A stretch of DNA of 63,968 bases, the filler included, from Lenisia limosa (Eukaryota; Protista; Breviatea), in the NCBI GenBank assembly GCA_001655205.1. It is 7 parts of 7 records of this genome, joined end to end, with 100 filler letters (N's around TTAATTAATTAA, not from the genome) between each part and the next. Parts side by side here need not be neighbours in the genome. Positions count along the whole stretch, not along the records: positions 55,337 to 59,054 come from LPNZ01010449.1; positions 59,155 to 60,609 come from LPNZ01010209.1; positions 60,710 to 62,653 come from LPNZ01006339.1; positions 62,754 to 63,968 come from LPNZ01004331.1; 3 more parts are not named here. One strand, 5' to 3'. The notes under the pieces are model-generated. The model worked only from the letters and a program-made list of their open reading frames with translations, ran no database searches and was not told the origin of the DNA. Positions 56,607-63,968 of the stretch are shown here, piece after piece. Each line of letters starts with the position of its first letter. The stretch's first letter is position 1. The position numbers were made by a program, and so were the translations under genes.

Positions 56607-57534
56607 NNNNNNNNNNNNNNNNNNNNNNNNNNNNNNNNNNNNNNNNNNNNNNNNNNNNNNNNNNNNNNNNNNNNNNNNNNNNNNNNNNNNNNNNNNNNNN
56701 NNNNNNNNNNNNNNNNNNNNNNNNNNNNTGATACAAAAAGGAGGCAGGGAAATGAACAAGGTGAAGAAGAGGAATTTGAGGGTAAACCAAGAATTATATC
56801 ATCATTATATATTAGAGCTCCGTGAAATTAATTATTTGAGGAAATTGATTGAATTAAAGTGTCTGAAAGGGGTTCTGGTTACATGTCTCACTTCAAATTT
56901 TGAAAATACTTTTTCTATGAATTGCACGGAGCCCAAATATATATTGTGTATTGTGTACATAATTGTTTGCACTCCAACATCTAAAGTTAACGAATCTCCT
57001 GAGCTCTAAGTAGACCTCGTGATTCATATTGTCGTAGTTTTTGCGGTTCTGAGGGGAGTAAATTGAAAAATGTATGAAAATATATACAGTAGAAAAAAAG
57101 ACCTCTTTGGCTGCAACAAAACAAAAAAATCCCAGGCGAGTCGCTTCTCGAATGTGTGTGTNNNNNNNNNNNNNNNNNNNNNNNNNNNNNNNNNNNNNNN
57201 NNNNNNNNNNNNNNNNNNNNNNNNNNNNNNNNNNNNNNNNNNNNTGCTTCCATTGCGGAGGGGGTCGACTCGGATCCCAGAGCTGTAGGAGGTGAAAAGA
57301 GAAAACAAGGCTTCTGATTTCATTTTACTTAATTGTTTCTTGAGTATTGTCAATCATTAATTCTGTCTCCAAGTGAAGGTGGATCAGTGGTTGTTTTTTT
57401 TTGGCAAATAAAGTGATCGTTTTTCAAAACTGCACACATGGCTTCAAATTATTTTGCAAACAAAACAGCGACTGAACCACCCTAAATCTGGCAACCCCCC
57501 TAATTAATTATGTTAATCCCACTCATAACCACTT

Positions 57535-57630
57535 GGGCTTCACTTCGGTTCGAAAAAAGACAGAATGGTTCCATAAATCCGCGAAAACTATCAATATTTT
57601 CCAGAGTTTTTTCGAACCGAAGGTAAGCCC
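57535..57630. mobile_element. ~95 bp MITE
   Basis: gggcttcacttcggttcgaaaaaa ... ttttttcgaaccgaaggtaagccc|TA. Confidence 0.85.
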
Positions 57631-58339
57631 TATAACACACCATTAATTCTTGCAACGTCAATGAAGTATTCGATTTCGACATAGGGAACCGTTCCTCTTT
57701 TGTCGTTGGATGACTGGGGGGGGGGGGGGNNNNNNNNNNNNNNNNNNNNNNNNNNNNNNNNNNNNNNNNNNNNNNNNNNNNNNNNNNNNNNNNNNNNNNN
57801 NNNNNNNNNNNNNNNNNNNNATACACGAGGGTTGATAACAAATAAACAAAAAAAGCCCAGGCCAGTCGCTTCTGCAGTACCGCATTCCATCATTTGGAAA
57901 AAATAAAAAAAGCTCTGTTGCTACCATTTGCTCACAATCACCTCTGTTGGCTACCAATTGGGAAACACACAACGGTTAAATAGCAACCCCGTTACCAATG
58001 TCGCCTCAGTAGTTTGCCTAGTTTCCCGTATGACGGATCCCTCAGGAGGGGTCACACCTCCACCGCACTACAAAACGTAAAACGTTGTTGATTTTCATCA
58101 TTATCATCGTCGTTGTCGACATAAACATAAACATTATCATTATTATCATCATCATCATCCCACCCCCTCACATGACTCTCATCATCATCTCTGGAGGCAC
58201 GGGTAACAACAACCCANNNNNNNNNNNNNNNNNNNNNNNNNNNNNNNNNNNNNNNNNNNNNNNNNNNNNNNNNNNNNNNNNNNNNNNNNNNNNNNNNNNN
58301 NNNNNNNNNNNNNNNNNNNNNNNNNNNNNNNNNNNNTAT

Positions 58340-58511
58340 ATTGAAACAAGATCATAAAGAGTACAGTCTGAAACAAGATCAGAAATTGTACAGTCTGAAA
58401 CAAGGATCATAAAGAGTGAAGTCTCCATAGAAACTAGGATCATAAAGAGTAAAGTCTCTATATAAACTAGGATCATAAAGAGTAAAGTCTCTACTGAAAC
58501 TAGGATCATAA
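58340..58511. repeat. ~30 bp degenerate minisatellite
   Basis: Repeated aaactaggatcataaagagtaaagtctc. Confidence 0.8.
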
Positions 58512-59149
58512 AAACCCAGCGGTTGAACTGTCTACAAAGACAACACTCACAGAAAACGAGAGAAATTGGAAAATATAATATTATGATGTGTGAGGGGGCT
58601 GGCTTATTCTATCATCAAAGACTCCCAACTTACATCAGTTACATCTGCAAGCAGGCCGTCAACATCTTCCGTTCTGTGCAGGGGATGGAGTTCGAAACTG
58701 AAGGGTCAATTCCCAACAGGATTTACCTGAATAATTTATAATAGTCATCATATATATATTGACAGATTTTCTTTGGGAAATAATCACATAGCAAATCGGT
58801 CAGGACTTATCCCAGTCACTGTATATGATATTGATAAAAACAGCTACACTGAAGAGTATAATATGACAAATAAAACAAGTTTGTATCTGGAATAAAATAA
58901 ATCAGGATTGATATAATAAATTAGAATACTATAAAAAGTAGTTATAATTTAATATATAATATGATATATACCCGTCCCCCACGTTTCTTCATTTACACGA
59001 ATTATTCCCGTAAGACCCTGGGGGCACAGGCCGACAACTGCTGAGTCTCGTGTCNNNNNNNNNNNNNNNNNNNNNNNNNNNNNNNNNNNNNNNNNNNNTT
59101 AATTAATTAANNNNNNNNNNNNNNNNNNNNNNNNNNNNNNNNNNNNNNN

Positions 59150-59815
59150 NNNNNGATTTTTTCAGGGCATATTTGCCTCATATTGCCAAAATATTACATT
59201 TTCATTGAATAAGGCGAGTGAGATATAAAGATAAAGATCATGATATCGTTGTATTTGTGAACGAGATATAACTTGAAAACTCAATTCGTAAAATCAACAA
59301 TCAGCACATTATCATTGGTAGGAAACAACCTTCTTTTTTGACGAAATCGACAAACAAGGTGTGCTTCTACAACCTATAAAACGAGAAGTAGGTCAGGTGT
59401 ACATATTAATGTGCATTTGTGCTTCACATGCGAATTTTTAAATTGTGTATGTTTCGACAATACAACATTTTCAATTGACCGATTTCAGTCATATCGTATA
59501 TATCTTCAAGCAGACAAGAAGGGAGGGCGTGATTTCTTTCCAACTTTTATTTTTGCGCACTACTTAATTCCTGAAGGCCAGGTAAAGCAAAAATATCATA
59601 TCCTTTTCTGTGGGGATGTGGAAGGGGATTGGTCTCGTCATAATTTACCAGTCCAATCCTCAAACATTGTAGAAGATCTACATCGGTTTTGGAGTTTTTG
59701 GGTATACTCTTTCTTAATTTTGTGTTATTGAATAACTTTGTCAAAGATGTACACAGGACCTGAAAAAGGAAGAGCAGCATGGGATGCCTACTACAACTAT
59801 GTTAAAAGTGTACGT
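59150..59815 (+). pseudogene. Unassigned exon fragments
   Basis: DIVVFVNEI*LENSIRK, DKKGGRDFFPTFIFAHYLIPEGQ, MYTGPEKGRAAWDAYYNY. Confidence 0.25.
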
Positions 59816-60779
59816 GTTGGAATATTTAAAATGAATACAATTGTGAATTCTAAAATGGCAAATTACAACTGTAACACTCTGTTTCGGCATCATGATTGTG
59901 TGATTTAATATTATACATCAATGTGACCTCTCCCACCCCTCCCTAATATAAGCCCTTTTCTCCAAAGATGCTATAAAAATTTACCAAATAGCGGTTTTGG
60001 ATGTTTTCTTCGCCTTTTCTACTTAATGTACTTGTTAGGTGAAACAAACTATGGGCTTCAGACAAACGTCTTTATTTGAGCCATATGTCAGATGCTTAGA
60101 CGACGTTGATGGCGAGAGTAATTTGATGTAAGTCGTAGATCTACAAGTGCACTAAGTAATGCAGTTTTTTTTAACTGTTTAGTCGATTAACAAGGAAACG
60201 TCTCTGTATTTGTAAGTGATCGAGAACCTGTGATCTTGTGATGGTATTGGTTGTTTTTTTATTGCTGTAATGAGTTGTGTTGAGTTACGTTGAAACAAAC
60301 ATTAGTGCTCACAATATTTCAGTTTTATATGTAAGTTTTTCTCCTGTCAAGTTAAGTGGACCGAAGCCAGAAGCAGATGAATACCACCTAATTGTAATAA
60401 AAAAAAAATCATAAAAAATGATCTACTGTCAAATCATCAGATGAATTCAAATTCAGCAGCATACTAGGAGGCAAATATATTCTCTAAGATATATCACACC
60501 GTCCATATATCTGTGAATTTTCCTCTGTGAATTTTTTTGAAATATACGAAAAAATTTTGCTAAAAATATGGCATATAACTAAGAGAATTGTCATAACACT
60601 CTTGTTGCTNNNNNNNNNNNNNNNNNNNNNNNNNNNNNNNNNNNNNNNNNNNNTTAATTAATTAANNNNNNNNNNNNNNNNNNNNNNNNNNNNNNNNNNN
60701 NNNNNNNNNACCGCATCATATTGTGAAACAGAGGAGGGATATTTCGATGAGGAGGCGGTGGGAGTTAAACACTATGAAG

Positions 60780-62650
60780 CAAAAGGGCAACACCAAACCT
60801 GGATGGGGCAGCCACGGATAATAGTTTTCAGGCAAGTCTCAGCCTAGATGTCAGAATACTGAGACTCCATTTCATCAATAAAAGAAGCCCTTCACTTCGG
60901 TCCGGAAAAAACCGTGAAAATATCCACAGTTTTCGAGGAATCGAGAAATTAAGTCTTTTCGAACCGAAGTGAAGCCCTGGTCCCAACAACACTGAAATCT
61001 CGATGAATCCTCGATCAATATAGACATTTTGTCTGTCTTTCAGACTATAGGAAACCCTGGTTATATTTCTCAAACCTGGGTGAGGAAGTCGTGTGTGGGG
61101 GCATNNNNNNNNNNNNNNNNNNNNNNNNNNNNNNNNNNNNNNNNNNNNNNNNNNNNNNNNNNNNNNNNNNNNNNNNNNNNNNNNNNNNNNNNNNNNNNNN
61201 NNNNNNNNNNNNNNNNNNNNNNNNNNNNNNNNNNNNNNNNNNNNNNNNNNNNNNNNNNNNNNNNNAAGGGTAAATTACGCCTGAAATAGCCAGAACGGCC
61301 AGAAAAATCCCACAGTCATCGTGGAGGTCAGTGCAGTGAGAGCCGCCATAACTGTCCGGGTATCTGAGGGGCTCATCACTCCGGTTACCTGGGGGGGGGG
61401 GAGTAAAATTGGAAAANNNNNNNNNNNNNNNNNNNNNNNNNNNNNNNNNNNNNNNNNNNNNNNNNNNNNNNNNNNNNNNNNNNNNNNNNNNNNNNNNNNN
61501 NNNNNNNNNNNNNNNNNNNNNNNNNNNNNNNNNNNNNNNNNNNNNNNNNNNNNNNNNNNNNNNNNNNNNNNNNNNNNNNNNNNNNNNNNNNNNNNNNNNN
61601 NNNNNNNNNNNNNNNNNNNNNNNNNNNNNNNNNNNNNNNNNNNNNNNNNNNNNNNNNNNNNNNNNNNNNNNNNNNNNNNNNNNNNNNNNTTCGCGACAGA
61701 TGAACGGGAGGAAAATCGATGAGTGGGGGTACAGTAGCCATGGAATTGCCTAGAGGGTGATGGGCTGATGGTTGGAGTCTTGATGCTTTCGAACAAGGTA
61801 TTCACGAACACATAGGACTTTACTTTGCTCGATAAATTCTCATTAATATCGATAACTTCTCGATAAATTCTCAATATTTTATCAATCTTTTTCGTACCAT
61901 TTAGGAATAGTCAGTTGAAAGGGATGGAAAAGAAGGTTGAGTACAGGGATAGAGAAGAAGGTTATGGATAGAGAAGATGAGCAACACTGCAATGCACAAT
62001 GAACAATATACCAACCTGTCCGATCGCTGAGAGGAGGCCGAGAATGTTGGTGATTTGGACAGGACTGTGTTCGGGCGGCATCTCTGTTGTGTTGCCTATA
62101 GGGAAGTAAAATTGGAAAATGTATACTATATCAAAAAAAAAGCCCAAAAATCAACTCTGCTGGCTGAATCGATATTATTTGATACTATTTTTTTGTGATT
62201 TTTTTTCGATGTTTTAATATTGTTCGACGCGAAGTGAGGCACTAGTTATGATGCGTAGAACAGGACTCCAAACAACAATCATTATTAATGATATCCGACC
62301 CCAGCCCAAAATTGGTCAAAAGATAAAAAAATCCTTCTTGTCTGAGGTTCCATTTTGCTTTAATCCCTGCAAGCAACTGGGCTTTGTTTGTTTTGTTGCT
62401 CCCAACCCTTGTGTGAATATCAGGATTTATTTCTGGAGAAAGTCGGTCATTATTTGTAGGAAGAGAATCCATAGTCTCATAACTAGGGTTTCCCTGGTCC
62501 CAAAAAGACCGTTTAAATATCGATATTTCGAGGATTTATCCCGAGATTCGGTCTTTTTTTGGGACCATAAGGAAGCCCTACTCATAACAAACCTTGGAGA
62601 GAGACCAGTGTGTGAACCAGCGTTTGGACGAAGAACTGCATGAGGTTGAT
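60780..62650 (-). CDS. Hypothetical multi-exon, helical-repeat-like protein (fragmented by masks and gaps)
   Basis: GT-AG bounded exons ITNILGLLSAIGQ, VTGVMSPSDTRTVMAALTALTSTMT, AETCLKTIIRGCPIQ. Confidence 0.4.
60886..61057. mobile_element. Two abutting or nested MITEs of the two subtypes
   Basis: cttcacttcggtccgg...gaaccgaagtgaagccc (to 60977), directly followed by tggtcccaa...taggaaaccc (to 61057). Confidence 0.7.
62486..62578. mobile_element. ~95 bp MITE with TA duplication
   Basis: TA|GGGTTTCCCTGGTCCCAAAAAGACC ... GGTCTTTTTTTGGGACCATAAGGAAGCCC|TA. Confidence 0.88.
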
Positions 62651-62753
62651 GAGNNNNNNNNNNNNNNNNNNNNNNNNNNNNNNNNNNNNNNNNNNNNTTA
62701 ATTAATTAANNNNNNNNNNNNNNNNNNNNNNNNNNNNNNNNNNNNNNNNNNNN

Positions 62754-62802
62754 CAAGGCCAGATACGCGGTCAAGGCCAAATACGCGGTCAAGGCCAAAC
62801 TC
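62754..62802. repeat. 18 bp tandem repeat
   Basis: caaggcca(g/a)atacgcggt, about 2.5 copies. Confidence 0.8.
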
Positions 62803-62859
62803 GGCCACTTATACATATTTCTATGTTTTTTTTTGTAATCCAATTATCTCCCTTCCAGA

Positions 62860-63903
62860 AATGTCGAAGAACCCCCCGGCGCGGATCACATTACCGAATC
62901 GGAGCCAAGTGAAGATGAGTCCGACGATCAGGAGATCCAGGGTAACTGGGAGTATCAGATATTTATATATATTTAGTATTTAGTATTTAGTACCAATTGT
63001 ATACATTTGTTTAAATTATTGAGAATCAGAGAACAAAATCCATTCTGAGTTTGATTGATTATTTTGTTCTTTTCTGACATATTCAAGCATATCATTACCA
63101 GTTCTCCTTTTATTGCCCTGATTACTGTGAAGTGGTCCCCCAACAAAAAAACATTAATAAACGCAACTGAGATTGCAACACACTGCTTTTGAACAATTAC
63201 AAAGGTCTCCATTTCAAACCTGAGTCTTTATTTGTGAGATAACAAGATATCACATCATATTTAATTCAATTTCTCTCCGAATTCGCAATCCCAGATTTTC
63301 CCAGAGTATTTCCAGTATTACTATAGTATTCCCAGAGATACAGAGTACTCGCAGCAGAAAACATTCATGTTTCTGGAATAAACACCCAAAACATTCCATA
63401 TCCCTCCTTACGTTTGCCGTGCCGAATATATTAACATGTCGGGCTTCCATGTGGTGAATAAGACAAAGCATACCAATAACGCTATTTATGAGGTTTGATC
63501 GAGAAATAAACCGACTCGCGTTTGACACTTTTCGAAAGGGTCAAAACAAAATGTCAAGTAAGCCTCCCCTTTAACAGCAGTTAAGACGGGACCTCTTCAC
63601 AGCAATATTGCCAGCTATTCTTCTTGATATTGTCACAAATAATCTATGTTAATGAGTGTAAATGTGTTTTTATCTATGTCTACAACACGATTATATGTTT
63701 CCATTTCTCTTAAAAAAAGATCTGATTTATCGTTTTGATTCAAGGATTTATCGTTTTATTCAAGGATTTTTCTATTTTTTTTTTCCAAGGGTTTTTCGAG
63801 AATTCAGTCTATTTTTTACTTGAATCCCCTCCTAGGTCCAGATACTGTCCCATCAGCAACGCAGTCTAAGCGGCGGAAAAAGTCTTCACATTCCCCTATT
63901 AAG
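62860..63903 (+). CDS. Partial hypothetical gene (acidic and basic exons)
   Basis: MSKTPGADHITESEPSEDESDDQEIQ| ... |GPDTVPSATQSKRRKKSSHSPIK| with compatible GT-AG phase. Confidence 0.3.
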
Positions 63904-63968
63904 GTATTGGGAGGAAGTTGATTTGGATTGTGCGAGTATTTTTCCACCTAAACATATCCCCCACCCTC

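Noticed and set aside
55337-58511. 30-39 bp repeats as a CRISPR array
   Set aside because: Head-to-tail repeats with no unique spacers, in a eukaryotic context; these are minisatellites.
59325-59365. FFFDEIDK Walker-B-like motif
   Set aside because: Isolated, in a stop-rich frame, with no Walker A nearby.

Overview
Eukaryotic (protist-like) AT-rich scaffold in the standard genetic code with many short spliceosomal introns. It is stitched from contigs by artificial N44-TTAATTAATTAA-N44 linkers, and N-runs mask low-complexity tracts. The first ~18.5 kb is compact and gene-dense: a DDX10/DBP4 DEAD-box helicase, a CGFS monothiol glutaredoxin with an N-terminal extension, a MARK/Kin1 kinase with a KA1 domain, and several hypothetical genes including a PIP-box protein and a long coiled-coil protein with a possibly degenerate kinesin-like N-terminus. 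From ~20 kb onward the window is largely decayed, intron-containing DNA-transposon genes: two pogo/DDE_1 transposases, a Mutator-like transposase, and a tyrosine recombinase with a TPHTLR motif. These are mixed with a few host genes (coactosin, a MYND-finger protein, a probable type I membrane protein, unknown multi-exon genes). Non-coding mobile elements include a ~95 bp TA-flanked MITE family (at least 9 copies), a 542 bp TA-flanked element, and a 46-49 nt micro-element in introns of two different genes, one copy with an 11 bp direct repeat. Exon structures were reconstructed by eye, so the outer coordinates of hypothetical and relic genes are approximate. No CRISPR, rRNA or tRNA was recognised.
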